A model generated the notes under the pieces. The model was given only the letters and a program-made list of their open reading frames with translations, was not told the origin of the DNA and did no database searches. From Octopus sinensis (lineage: Eukaryota), in the NCBI RefSeq assembly GCF_006345805.1, contig NW_021832201.1, positions 1-31,804 on the forward strand: DNA of 31,804 nt. Reading direction: 5' to 3'. Made by a program: the position numbers and the translations under genes. Positions 10,060 to 21,904 of the stretch are shown piece after piece. How positions within the stretch are numbered: position 1 is the first letter of the stretch; every line of letters starts with the position of its first letter.

Positions 10060-10788
10060 TCCATGCTTGTTTTCAGATTTTTAGTTAGCCCTAGTTCCAT
10101 GCGTTCTCAGTAATATAAAACCTTCCTTTCATAAGTCCGAAAGTTCCTCTGATGGTCGGAAGAAAATATAGGGAATGTGTATCATATATAATGCATGGAT
10201 ACCAGGAAAATATGTCCCATCTCTTGAAAGCATTTTCATAAATTTATCCTAAATGTTCATGCTCGTTTTCAGATTTCCAGATTTTTTAGTTGGACCTTGT
10301 TTCATGCGTTCTGAATCATATAAAGCTTTCCTTTCATAAGTCCGAAGTTACTCTGGTGGTAAAAAAAAATATAGGGAATGTGTATCAAATATAATGCATG
10401 GATACCAGGAAAATATGTCGTGAATATCACAAGTGAGACACAAGACAGTTAAATGGCTAAACACAATACTACTGTGTCTAATCATCTTTCTCAATTTCTT
10501 GTTTCATGTTTTTTTTTGTCTTTCATCATTTTGGTGTCGATAAAATAAAAACACTGGGATCGATGTAATCGATATATCCCCTCCCACAACATTTCTGGCC
10601 TTGTGCCTTTAGTAGAAAGGATTATTAAATATAGAAATAAGGCGGAGAATCATTAACGTATCGGACAAAATGCTTATATATATAAGTAATATAAAGCTTT
10701 CCTTCCATAAGCCTCAACTTTCTCTGGTGGTTGAAAAGTAAAATTAGTAATGTATATCATATATGATGCATGGACACCAGGGAAATAT
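10060..10788 (+). repeat. Three diverged direct repeats (about 10060-10216, 10257-10419, partial 10686-10788)
   Basis: Shared ttcctttcataagtccga...gggaatgtgtatca.atataatgcatggataccaggaaaatatgtc. Period of the first two units about 203 bp. Confidence 0.85.
10506..10676 (+). repeat. Inverted duplicate of 9773-9953
   Basis: Base-by-base reverse complement, except a 9-bp deletion (cactggtac) and one A-run length difference. Confidence 0.9.
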
Positions 10789-11402
10789 ATTTTGTGTATG
10801 ACGTGCTGCACAGGGCAGACAAAGGCATTGAACTTGGCATTTCTGCGGATTGAAATTACGTTGCAATCTCACCTTTTCGGCAGCTACATGTAAAATAACT
10901 GGGGTTCGCCAGTGCATGTGTGAACTATATGGACTGTTTAGCTGTTTGTGTTTTTACTCATAGAGAATAACTTGAAAACTGTTGATAAAATTTTACGGTT
11001 AAGTACTGAAGACTAAAGCATCAGAGTATAATTCTGTTAGCAGACTTAACTATTTGGGCCGATTTTAGAGTCGGTTCTATTACCAATATCTGTGTTAATA
11101 ATAATAAACAAGAGTTAATTAATTATTAGTTAGTTAACCGTATCGTTCTGCTACTTAATTCCTAAGCTCACCTTACTTGTCTGTCTACACTTCTTCCCCT
11201 CGGAGGAAATCTCAATTTTCTTTTTGTATGTTTAACTCTTCAATATTTCTCTGATGTTCTTTCACTAATTTACCATTCCAATTTAGCAGGTAATTTAGAA
11301 CTTAGCTATCAGATGAAGACGTTACCTTGTATCTCTCGTCTTGGTAGTTCCTATTCTTACATATTTTTATTTATTCTGTTGCCTACCGTCTTGTTTTTGC
11401 TG

Positions 11403-11437
<35 letters not shown>

Positions 11438-11849
11438 ATATCTTCTTATATATTCATATATTTCTTATATATTCATATATTTCTTTCTGTAATGAGCTAT
11501 TCATCAGGTAGTTACATTAGCTTCGACAGGTAACTTCTACCTTCCATCAAATTACTTCTTTTCTTAAGTTAAGAAATATTGGTTATGATTATCTCTTGAT
11601 GTCGATATCGATTTCTTACAGAGACATGCAAACCTGCAAACGAGATTCTACATAATAACTCGACGTTCTAAATAAAACAATCCCAGTAATATCACTGGTA
11701 TATTCAAAACTAGGAATATTTTTTTCTGGTTTTAAGTTTCAAACGTTGAAATAACGTGTTTGCATCTAAAATAGATAGAATGGACACAACCAGAACACTG
11801 ATCTAAGAATTCTGGACACAATTTTCATCCCAAGTTAATAATATGTAGG

Positions 11850-12170
11850 AGCATTCCGTCCGATTACGACGACGAGAGTCCCAGCTGATACGATCAACGG
11901 AACAGCTTGCTCGTGAAATTAACGTGCAAGTGACTGAGCAATCCACAGTCACGCGTACCACTAACGTAGTTCTCAGGGAAATTCAGCGTGACTCAGAGTG
12001 TGACAAGGAAGGCTCTTTGAAATACAGGTACAACTCATTTTTGCCAGCTGAGTGGACTGGAGCAACGTGAAATAAAGTGTCTTGCTCAAGGACACAACGT
12101 GTCGCCGGGATTCGAACTCACGACCTAACAATCGTGAGCCGAATGCCCTAACCACTAAGCCACGCGCCTT
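11850..12170 (-). mobile_element. tRNA-SINE family B, full length
   Basis: Minus strand gaaggcgcgtggcttagtggttaggg (A box), gagttcgaatccc (B box), gtgtccttgagcaagacactttatttc core. Confidence 0.9.
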
Positions 12171-12271
12171 CCCAATGTGATAATATGTAATACAACTTAC
12201 ATTAACCTATCAAATATGGAAGGATTCGCGCGATTACTTGGCTATGTTTGTATCATTTTATCTTATTCAAA

Positions 12272-12440
12272 GGCAGATAAAATGCTTAGCGGTATTTGAG
12301 TTCTAATTCCGTCAATGTCAACTTCGCCTTTCATCTTTTCGGGGTCGATAAAATAAAGAACAAACCAAGTACTAGGGTTTTATGTAATTGATTATTCCCC
12401 CTCCACTAAAATTACCAGCTTTCTTCCAAAATTTGAAACA
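12272..12440 (+). mobile_element. SINE family C, degenerate
   Basis: aaatgcttagcggtattt...ctttcatcttttcggggtcgataaaataa...ccaaaatttgaaac. Confidence 0.7.
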
Positions 12441-13068
12441 GCTGGTGCCTCATTTTCTTATTACCGTTCTGTATTCGACTAACACTTCGTTCTGAATGAT
12501 AAGTATACTGAGGTTCTACGCCAGGTCATTAGTCTCCTATTGAACCTTTCAATTTCGTTTATGTACACATTGTGCATATATATATATGTGTGCGTGTGAG
12601 GGGGGGTCCGTGTCTGTGTGTGTGCGCGCACGCGGGTATGTATGTAAGACGATTGTGAAGTGTGTGCAATTGGTATGCAACTTAAAATCAGCGTCGATGA
12701 TGTAACTGAATGTGAGTTATGAAACAGCTGTAAATGTACGGAATGAATATTTTTTTACTTCTCACCTCACGCAGATTTTAGTGTGTTATATATACTTGTA
12801 TATTTATATAGTTTTACTTTGAAATTACCAATTCTGTCTTCCTGGCTGATACATAGTTATTTATAATTCTAGATTATATATATACTATATATATATATAT
12901 ATAATATATATATATATATATTTGGGTTTGTTTTTCTTGTATGTGTGCGCATGCGTGTGAGTGTGGGTGTGCGTGTCTGCATGCATATAATAACGTTTTA
13001 AATGTTTCTCAGTATTTCTTATTGTTGGCATTAACACATCAAGACAATTGTTCTTTATCTCATCAACA

Positions 13069-13123
<55 letters not shown>

Positions 13124-13193
13124 ATATATATTATACGTGCACATAATACGCATCATATATATATATATATATAACAAGACACAATAGACTTAC

Positions 13194-13284
13194 ATAAAAC
13201 AGATGTTTCGAACCTTTTCCATCAACTCTCCTCTTTTTTGCCAGTGACGTTGTATAGCTTGGCCACGTGTCTTGTAATTTGAGT
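13194..13284 (-). CDS. Candidate 91-nt internal exon of an unidentified gene
   Basis: TACTAAC branch consensus (13299-13305), then the first downstream AG; donor GTAAGT at 13188-13193. Two open frames (DSNYKTRGQAIQRHWQKRGELMEKVRNICF or RLKLQDTWPSYTTSLAKKRRVDGKGSKHLFY). No homology recognised. Confidence 0.3.
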
Positions 13285-13319
13285 CTTGCCGGGCAGATGT
13301 TAGTAATCAGATAAAAAGA

Positions 13320-13321
13320 AG

Positions 13322-13356
<35 letters not shown>

Positions 13357-13362
13357 ATAATA

Positions 13363-13406
<44 letters not shown>

Positions 13407-13465
13407 GTGGTGGTTGTGGTGGCGGCGGTGGTGGTGATAATGACGGTGGTGATGATGATGATAAA
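13320..13465. repeat. Compound trinucleotide array (TAC)n(TAA)n(TGG/TGA)n
   Basis: Direct reading. Confidence 0.9.
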
Positions 13466-13710
13466 TGATGAAGAAGAAAAGGGAGAAGGAAGACGAAGAG
13501 AAGATTCTTTTCTTTATTTGACGCATGGCTAACATCGATTTTGAAGCATTACAGCTGTACAGAGTTGTGCGTGCGTGTGTATGAATGTGTGTGTGTTTGT
13601 GTGCGTGTGTGTGTGGGGGTGCGTGTGTGTGTGTGTGTGTTGTGTAGTACAGATATATATATATATTGTGTGTGCCCACACGCACACACAAATATATATA
13701 CATATACACA

Positions 13711-13761
<51 letters not shown>

Positions 13762-13821
13762 TTTTTGACAGGTAGATAGATTTTACACACAGTGTTCTAA
13801 TATATGGTGCTACATCTATAA

Positions 13822-13910
13822 CGAAGAAGAAGAAGAAGAAGAAGAAGAAGAAGAAGAAGAAGAAGAAGAAGAAGAAGAAGAAGAAGAAGAAGAAGAAGAA
13901 GAAGAAGAAG
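13822..13910. repeat. (GAA)n array; likely the (TTC)n tail of the adjacent minus-strand SINE
   Basis: Pure GAA run abutting aatcctttctactataggcacaagg. Confidence 0.95.
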
Positions 13911-14100
13911 AATCCTTTCTACTATAGGCACAAGGCCTGAAATTTTTGGAAAGAGTGACAGTCGACTTCATCAACCCAAGTGCATAACTGGTACTTAATT
14001 TATCGATCCCCGAAAGATTGAAAGGCAAAGTCGACCTCGACGGAGTTTGAACTCAGAATGTGAAGACGGACGAAATGCCGCTGAACATTTCGCCCGTCGT
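13907..14100 (-). mobile_element. SINE family C, 5'-clipped
   Basis: ctgagttcaaactccgtcgaggtcgactttgcctttcaatctttcggggatcgataaattaagtaccag...ccttgtgcctatagtagaaaggatt. Confidence 0.85.
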
Positions 14101-14114
14101 ATATAATAATAATA

Positions 14115-14150
<36 letters not shown>

Positions 14151-14151
<1 letters not shown>

Positions 14152-16713
14152 GGATTTGGAGTGACAAGAAGACGTACAACATAAATGCAGACTGGATTAT
14201 ACAAACTGAAGGATCTTACCAAAATTTACAACAACAAGCAAGGGAAGACATCACAATAGCAGACCTAAGAAAGGCACTCACGAAGGCCCATAATTGGAAA
14301 TCCCCCGGTAAAGATAGGGTGCCGAATTTCTGGCTCGCATCGCTCCCATGCGCACACGGTAAGCTAGTTCAGCTGCTCAATGGAATTATGAGAGACCCAA
14401 AGAAAACACCTGAATAGTTAGCAAATAGTATTACTTACCTACTCCCAAAGAATAACGAAACCAACCTTCCCAAAAACTATCGGCCTATAACCTGTCTATC
14501 CACTACGTATAAAATCCTAACATCTATCCTGGCGGAGAAAACATATGCATTCATGGAGAAGAACGATATTTTCCCCATTGAACAAAAAGGGTGCCGCCGA
14601 GGCTCTTACAGATGCAAAGATCAACTGCTAATTAATCGTATGATCCTTGAGAACTGTCACAACAAGCGCAGAAATCTCAGCTCCGCATGGATTGACTATA
14701 AAAAGGCCTTCGACAGTATACCGCATCCATGGATCTTGAGATCGCTGGACATTTTCAAATTTTCCCCTGTGATTTCAAACTTCCTGAAGCACAATATGTC
14801 GTTGTGGAATACGAATCTCCAATTATACCACTCTAATGGAGTACTTGCCTCAGAAAATATAAACATCAACTGTGGAATTTTTCAAGGTGACTCACTTTCA
14901 CCTTTAATATTCTGCATAGCCCTAATACCCCTTACAAATGAATTAAACAGAACAGGGTATGGGTATAAAATTGCCAATAAAAAAATAAGTCATCTATTTT
15001 ATATAGATGACTTAAAACTCTATGGTAAAGACAATAATGAACTTGAAGGCCGATTGCGCACTGTGAAAGCATTCAGCGATGACATCGGGATGGAGTTTGG
15101 ACTTGAGAAGTGTGCCAAGGCCACTTTCAGAAAGGGAAAGTGAAGACCACAAATTCAGTCGTGTTAGATGTTGACACAGTCATAAGAGAGCTTGAGCAAG
15201 AACAAACATACAAATATTTAGGGATAAATGAAGGCTCTGGTATTCAGCATGCAAGCATGAAAGAGAAGATCAGGAAGGAATGTTATAGGAGAGTTCGTGC
15301 AGTCCTGAAATCTGAACTAAATGCACGTAACAAGGTGTTAGCTATAATTCCTTAGCAGTTCCAGTTGTCACTTATAGCTACAATGTGTTGAACTGGAATA
15401 TGATTGAAGTAAAGAATATAGATAGGAAAATACGCAAGCTGCTGAGTTGTAATAGGATGCCCACACCCAAAGGCAGACGTAGATCGCCTTTACCTTCCCA
15501 GAGCCCAAGGAGGTCGAGGCCTGATCCATATGAACTAGCTTACAAAACAACCACAATTGGACTGGCCAAATATCTCGAAATAAAGAATGACTGGATGCTA
15601 AAGCTCGTGGAAAATCACGAGAGACGAAAGAAGCTTCATTCTATCATAAGGAAAGCAACAAATTTGCTATTGATCTCGTGCATGATACCCAAACTGAACA
15701 ACCCGAGGGAAGTACGGCAACTATTGTTGCAAAAGAAGTGAAAATAATGGCAACGAAAAAAGCGCACGAGCAATTGGCTGATAGGTGGGAGGAGAAACCT
15801 CTGCACGGCAAATATGTGGCCCGCAGCAAACAAGCTGATGTTGACCAGAAGCAAACCCATCAGTGGCTACGGAGCTCAGGGCTAAAAGCAGAGAGCGAAG
15901 GTTTCATCCTGGCTGCTCAAGATCAAAGCCTATTAACCCGGAACTACCAGGCCAATGTGATGAAAAATGGAGCAGACCCAAAATGCCGATTCTGCAACGA
16001 CATGATTGAAACAGTGGACCACGTAATCTCTGGATATAAAGTCTTAGCACCAGTGGAGTATAAATTAAGACATGACAGAGTTGGCCAATATCTACACTGG
16101 CTAATAAGTCGGCATTACAATATCAAAACTGCCGGCAAGTGGTATAATCACCACCCTGAGGCTGTAACTGAAGGAGAAAATGTAACCATTCTGTGGGACT
16201 TTCCAGTACATACAGACCGAATCATCAAGGCCAATAAACCAGATATTGTTGTGAAAGACCAAAACAATAAAGTTTGCTTATTGATCGACATGAGCATCCC
16301 CTGTGATCATAATATCTCAGCGAAAGAGTTTGACAAGCTCAGAAAATATAAAGACCTACTCATTGAAATTGAGAAAATGTGGCATCTCAAGGCGGTTACA
16401 ATACCAGTGATCGTAGGAGCACTAAGAATATCAAGAAGGAAACCGAAAATTATATGAGAATGTCCCTGGCTTACCATCCCTGCAAGAAGTGCAAAAGATT
16501 GTCTTAACTGGTACATCACACGTATTGAGAAGAGCATTGTCGGTGTGAGAACTGTTCTGCTCATGTATTTTAATTTAACTTAAAAAAAAAAAAATGAACG
16601 AACTATTGAGTTTGGTTTAATGGCCTACCAATGTATACTATGAGTTTCTTTGCCCTAGGAGCCGGGAAGACACTCGGCAAGAAATAGAAGCAAATTTGAA
16701 AGAAGAAAAAAAA

Positions 16714-16714
<1 letters not shown>
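14151..16714 (+). mobile_element. 5'-truncated R4/Dong-clade non-LTR retrotransposon (RT + CCHC + restriction-like endonuclease), decayed, flanked by (TAA)n
   Basis: RT motifs KSPGKD, NYRPITCL, IDYKKAFDSIPH, GIFQGDSLSP, LFYIDDLKL; zinc knuckle CRFCNDMIETVDHVISG; RLE RHDRV..HW, ILWDFPVHTD, KPDIVV, LIDMSIP, KYKDL. Coding ends at TGA 16546-16548. Several frameshifts and stops. (TAA)n at 14103-14150 and 16715-16787. Confidence 0.93.
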
Positions 16715-16759
<45 letters not shown>

Positions 16760-16788
16760 AAGTAATAATAATAATAATAATAATAATC

Positions 16789-17085
16789 ATGGTTTCAAAT
16801 TTTGCCACAACGGCAGCAACTCTGGGGATTTGAACTCAGAACGCAACAACGGGCGAAATACCTATTTCTTTACTACCCACAAGGGACTAAACACAGAGAT
16901 GACAAGCAAGGACAGACAAACGGATTAAGTCGATTATATCGACCCCAGTGCGTAAATGGTACTTAATTTATCGACCCCGAAAGGATGAAAGGCAAAGTCG
17001 ACCTCGGCGGAATTTGAACTCAGAACGTAGCGGCAGACGAAATACCGCTAAGCATTTCGTCCAGCGTGCTAACGAGTCTGCCATC
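16789..17085 (-). mobile_element. SINE family C, long dimeric form with internal deletion
   Basis: Head ggcagactcgttagcacgctgg, B-box-like gagttcaaattcc, spacer ttaatccgtttgtctgtcc...gtagtaaagaaataggtatttc, then a shortened second unit. Confidence 0.85.
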
Positions 17086-17086
17086 T

Positions 17087-17245
17087 AGAAGAAGAAGAAG
17101 AAGAAGAAGAAGAAGAAGAAGAAGAAGAAGAAGAAGAAGAGAAGAAAGAAGAAGAAGAAGAAGAAGAAGAGAAGAAGAAGAAGAGAAAGAAAAGAAAAGA
17201 AGAAGAAGAAGAAGAAGAAGAAGAAGAAGAAGAAGAAGAAAAAGA
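17087..17245. repeat. (GAA)n polypurine array
   Basis: Direct reading. Confidence 0.95.
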
Positions 17246-18204
17246 AGTATCGGGTTGTTTAGTTGTTTATTTAGTCCGTAAGAGTAACGGGATATAAGAA
17301 ACATTACAAGTGCAAATTATGAAAACGATGCTGGTTCGCATAATATCGAGAACAATGGCAAAACAGGAAACGAAATAAAAAAAAGAGTACCACTGGTTGC
17401 ACTCCCAGTCAAATGGGAATGGCGAGATAATCTTGACGAGGGTTTCGGCTGACAACAGGTCACATTATTAAATCGACTTCAATTCACAAAATTAAAAAAG
17501 TATATTCAGTGTAGAACGGTTTTGCCAGTCGGTTCGCATCTCATGCAGTCCCATCTCACGACACTGCCGGTACCTATTGCCTTTGTTGTTTCTTTTCTGT
17601 TTTGTTTGAATTCCCTCTCTTCTTCGTTGGCCATCATGACGGACATTTTATCTTTCATCTTTTGTGTTTTACTGTTTTCAATCATTGGGCTGCGGCCATA
17701 CTGGGAAACCCGCTTCGAAGAGTTTTCGTCGGACAAATCGACCTCAGTATAAATAAAAGATTAGAAGATAAAAGAATTGCGAGATTGCAGGTTCGATCGC
17801 AATAAGTGATACATTAGGCATATGTCTTCTAGCAGAGCCTGGGACCCACTCAATCTTTTGGAAGTAAGATCGGGAGGACAAAGAGTTCGCAGTCTCACGT
17901 CCTTAGAATGGTTTATGTTATTGGGTAGTCACCAATTGATACCTTGGGTTTCTTTAACAAGGTCTACCCTACTAGAAGCGTGTGAATTAGAGCTCTGGTC
18001 TCAGTATAGCTTTCTCCGTTATCCCTACGGATTTCCGAGGTCCTGAAAGAAGGGGTTTTTCAGATGACTTAGTACAAAAAAAAAGAATTGTTTTTTTTTT
18101 TTGTGGAGAATGAAATTCTCCATAGGAATCGCAGACCAAAGAATTCTGGATCACTGCACATCAAAGTTTTCCCATCTAAAATTAACTGCGACAAGATGGT
18201 GATA

Positions 18205-18207
18205 TGT

Positions 18208-18240
<33 letters not shown>

Positions 18241-18395
18241 GTGTGGTGGTGTTTGGTGATGGTGGTGGTGGTGGTGGTGGTGGTGGCGGCGATGGCAGAG
18301 GCGGTGGTGGTGACTTTGATGATGATGATGAAAAGGATGAGGATGAGAAGGACAACGACGACAACGAGAATAATCATCATCCTTATCATCATCAT
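18205..18395. repeat. Compound (GAT)n/(GGT)n trinucleotide repeat
   Basis: Direct reading. Confidence 0.9.
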
Positions 18396-18454
18396 TCTTA
18401 TCTATTTCCTCCCACAACGATATTGTTGCATATCTTTCCATCGTTTATCTTTTA

Positions 18455-18525
18455 TTTGTTTCAGTCTTTGGACTGTGGCCATGCTGGAGTACCAGGTTTA
18501 GTCGAAAACAATCGACCCAGTAATT
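18455..18525 (-). mobile_element. SINE family A 3' fragment
   Basis: tttgtttcagtc...gactgtggccatgctggagtacc matches the reverse of the family A tail. Confidence 0.7.
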
Positions 18526-18581
18526 AAATTGAGAGAAAGAGAAAGATCTACATATATAAATATGTGTGTACACATTTGTAC

Positions 18582-18637
<56 letters not shown>

Positions 18638-18994
18638 TAGAAATATGTTACGAAAAGAAAATATAAAATACACGTGGAAAGTAAGGGTTTTAAAATATGA
18701 AAAATCAACGAAAATGCATATTGCAAATAAAAAAAGGCTATTTATGACAGGTAACGACAAATATATACATTTAGATTGACTGAGGTAGTAATACGAGTCC
18801 TAAAAGTCATTATTATGAGATAATTATAAGATGATAATAAAGTAAGAGAACAAAACGGTGTCAGGTCTAATAGTGCCTGAGAAAAAAGATTATTTGTAAG
18901 GGAGGTAAGTAGTTCTGGATTATTTGTAAGGGAGGTAAGTAGAGATGTGAGTGGTGTAGGACGTGCATAGGGGTTAGTGGTTTCAATTGAAGAG

Positions 18995-19395
18995 TTAGTG
19001 GTGTTCTGTATTGAGTTGTGTGTTCATATTTAGTTGGGGGAGAAATTTATTGATGAAAAATGCCTCTTTATTCAACCTTTGTTGCATTGTGGTGTTCTGT
19101 GAACATTGGTAAAAGGGAAATATTTGGAAATTGGGATTAAGATTCCTGGCACACCTTTCTATATGTTCACTCACCTTTAACTGTCTGTATTGTGGGTGAC
19201 GGATTTGCTCTTTGTGAATGGTGATTCTTTGACGGAGCGAAATTCCTGTTTGTCCAACATAGAGTTTACTACATCCTATGCATGTCATGACATAGATTAC
19301 ATTTATTGAGGTGCAGGTGAAATTTGATTTGATCTTAAATATTTCTCCTTGTTTGAATTGGAATTCTGAACGCTCCAGAAGGTGGGGCATGTTCC
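18995..19395 (-). pseudogene. Penelope-like element GIY-YIG endonuclease fragment (Neptune-type)
   Basis: NFTCTSINVIYVMTCIGCSKLYVGQTGISLRQRITIH...KEAFFINKFLPQLN. Open frame of 131 aa with no RT upstream. Confidence 0.85.
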
Positions 19396-19490
19396 ACAGT
19401 TATATATATATATAACAAAAACTGTCCGACGAGCAGGAACGTGAAATTCTGAGTAACAGCTTTGTTATATTTCTGCTGCTTTTAAATAAA

Positions 19491-19552
<62 letters not shown>

Positions 19553-19593
19553 TATATATATGTATATATATATATGTAATATATATATATGTA

Positions 19594-19629
<36 letters not shown>

Positions 19630-19631
19630 TG

Positions 19632-19865
19632 TATGTATGTATGTATATAGGATCTTTATGGTTGTGTTCGTAACCGCCACCACCACCGTTTAATAACCGG
19701 TGTTGATTTGTTTGTGTCCCTTGTAAACTAAGAGGCGGATAGACTATGTACCATACTTTAAAAAAGAAACGTAAGTACCGGGTTCCATTTGTTCGAATAA
19801 AACCTTTAAGGTAGCGCCCCAGCATGACCGCAGCCCAATGACTGAATAAAGTAAGAGATAAAAGA
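19632..19865 (+). mobile_element. SINE family A, diverged 3' half
   Basis: gccccagcatgaccgcagcccaatgactgaataaagtaagagataaaaga tail. Confidence 0.7.
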
Positions 19866-20235
19866 ATTACCGTTCATTGCATTTTTAACGCTAAATGGAA
19901 ACCACCATTTTGTTTCACCTTTATCGAATCTCAACACATATAACAGACAGTTAATAGGTATTGCCAAATTTGATTCCTTGAGTTAGAATAAAGTTTTCAT
20001 AACTCTGCAGACAATGTGTAAACTAGAAGAATAAAATAACTGGATAATGTCGAATGAATGAATAAGCTAAAATAAAATAGATTTTGAATATCTGCATTGC
20101 TCGCAATTCTGAAGAGACGTATATATACATAAGTTCTACACTTAAACATGAATGTGCATTCATACACACACACACGCATTTTATATATATATATATATAG
20201 ATATATATAATATATATATATATTATATATACATG

Positions 20236-20346
20236 TATATGTACACACACATATATATACATATATACATTCCTATATATATTTACACATATATATGTAC
20301 ACACACATATATATACATATATACATTCCTATATATATTTACACAT
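20236..20346 (+). repeat. Tandem duplication of a ~56-bp unit within a microsatellite field
   Basis: tatatgtacacacacatatatatacatatatacattcctatatatatttacacat occurs twice. Confidence 0.85.
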
Positions 20347-20996
20347 GTATGTATGTATGTATGTATGTATGTATGTATGCATGTATGTATGTATGCATGT
20401 ATGTATAAATATGTGTATGTATATGTATGAATATATGTACATTCTTTAGTGTTCGTTAATGTAGATATCATTTTGTTTTTTATTATTTTTATATTTGTGT
20501 GAGCATTCAGTAGCTATCTGGCATCTTACTTCCATGAAATGAAAAATAAATAATAAATAAATAAACAGGTAAATGTATAAAACAAGAAAAATGTATGTAT
20601 ATATATATATTTAAAAAAGCTAAAAAAAAATTATGGTCTTTTGCCAAGAATTATTTTCAGCTTGTCTTGATTTTCGTATTTACTTTTGAAGCTTCAATGG
20701 TGAAATTTCCTTTCCATGAAGAAACTTGGGAATATTTCTTTTTATAGAATTAGCAGTAGAACGAAGCATTGAAGGCACCTCTTACACCGCCATATTACCT
20801 TCGCATGCATGTAGTCAAAGACACATACATACTCACATACACACAGGTAGAAACACACACGCATACACACACACACACAACACACACACACACACACAAC
20901 GTACTCGTTCAACGTACACTCAGTGTGACGTAGGCACACAGGCATGTAGACTTATATATATATGAGTGTGTGTGTGTGTATGTAAGTATTACATAT

Positions 20997-21028
<32 letters not shown>

Positions 21029-21040
21029 ATATATATATAT

Positions 21041-21077
<37 letters not shown>

Positions 21078-21904
21078 TGTGTTGGTGTGGGTGTGTGTGT
21101 ATACATATATATATAACGTGCATATACATCTATATATATATACATATATAATTGTGTGTGTGTGCCAAAGTCCATTAAATTTATACCATGGTGGATATCC
21201 AAGCGGGTATCTACGATTCTCGGAGGATACGAAGAAGAGATAACAGCGATAGTTAAGAGTACGAACATTCAAATACATTAACACATACGCACACACGCAC
21301 GTACACGCACACAAACACAGGGCGTATATATATATATATTGTATTGTTACCTTTAACCATGTTTTTTCTTGTGCTTGTGCGTATATAGACGTATGTATGA
21401 ACTTTTACGGTACGCGTGTGTGTGTATGAGTTCGTATATATATGCGTATACATTTGGCGAAAAATGCGAGTGAAGATGTGTACGTTTTCATAGTGACGTA
21501 TAAGTACGCACGTGGGTCCGCGAGCGCACATGTGAGCGTATGAGTAGCCATGTTTAGGTGTTTACTATGAACTTTTAATCTTAATTTATATAAGTAGCAG
21601 AATTATAACACAGTAATTTCCCTTTATATAACGGTATTTTTTCATAGCGCTTTTCAGATGGCCAGATAACCGAAGAGATGGTGTTGTGGATTTCCACTTC
21701 GGCATCTGAAACTCAGAGTTTTATCTTGACTATTGAATAATTGTAACATATTATTTTATAGATAAATTTCCTCTATTTACATAATATTGAGGTCTCTTTC
21801 TTTCTTTTGTTATCTTACCGTTTTTACCAATATATATATATATACATATTCGAACGAGATGTCTGTGTGTATGTGTTTGTGCAAGTATCCACACATATAA
21901 TATA

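Noticed and set aside
18888-18942. 25-bp direct repeat gattatttgtaagggaggtaagtag x2
   Set aside because: Simple tandem slippage duplication with only two units; not a CRISPR-like or functional array on this evidence.
20735-20815. Possible plus-strand exon ELAVERSIEGTSYTAILPSH
   Set aside because: Acceptor only; no consensus donor and no homology.
21635-21710. Hairpin tttcagatg/catctgaaa plus ccgaag/cttcgg as a pre-miRNA
   Set aside because: A 9-nt asymmetric bulge and large loop are not pre-miRNA-like.
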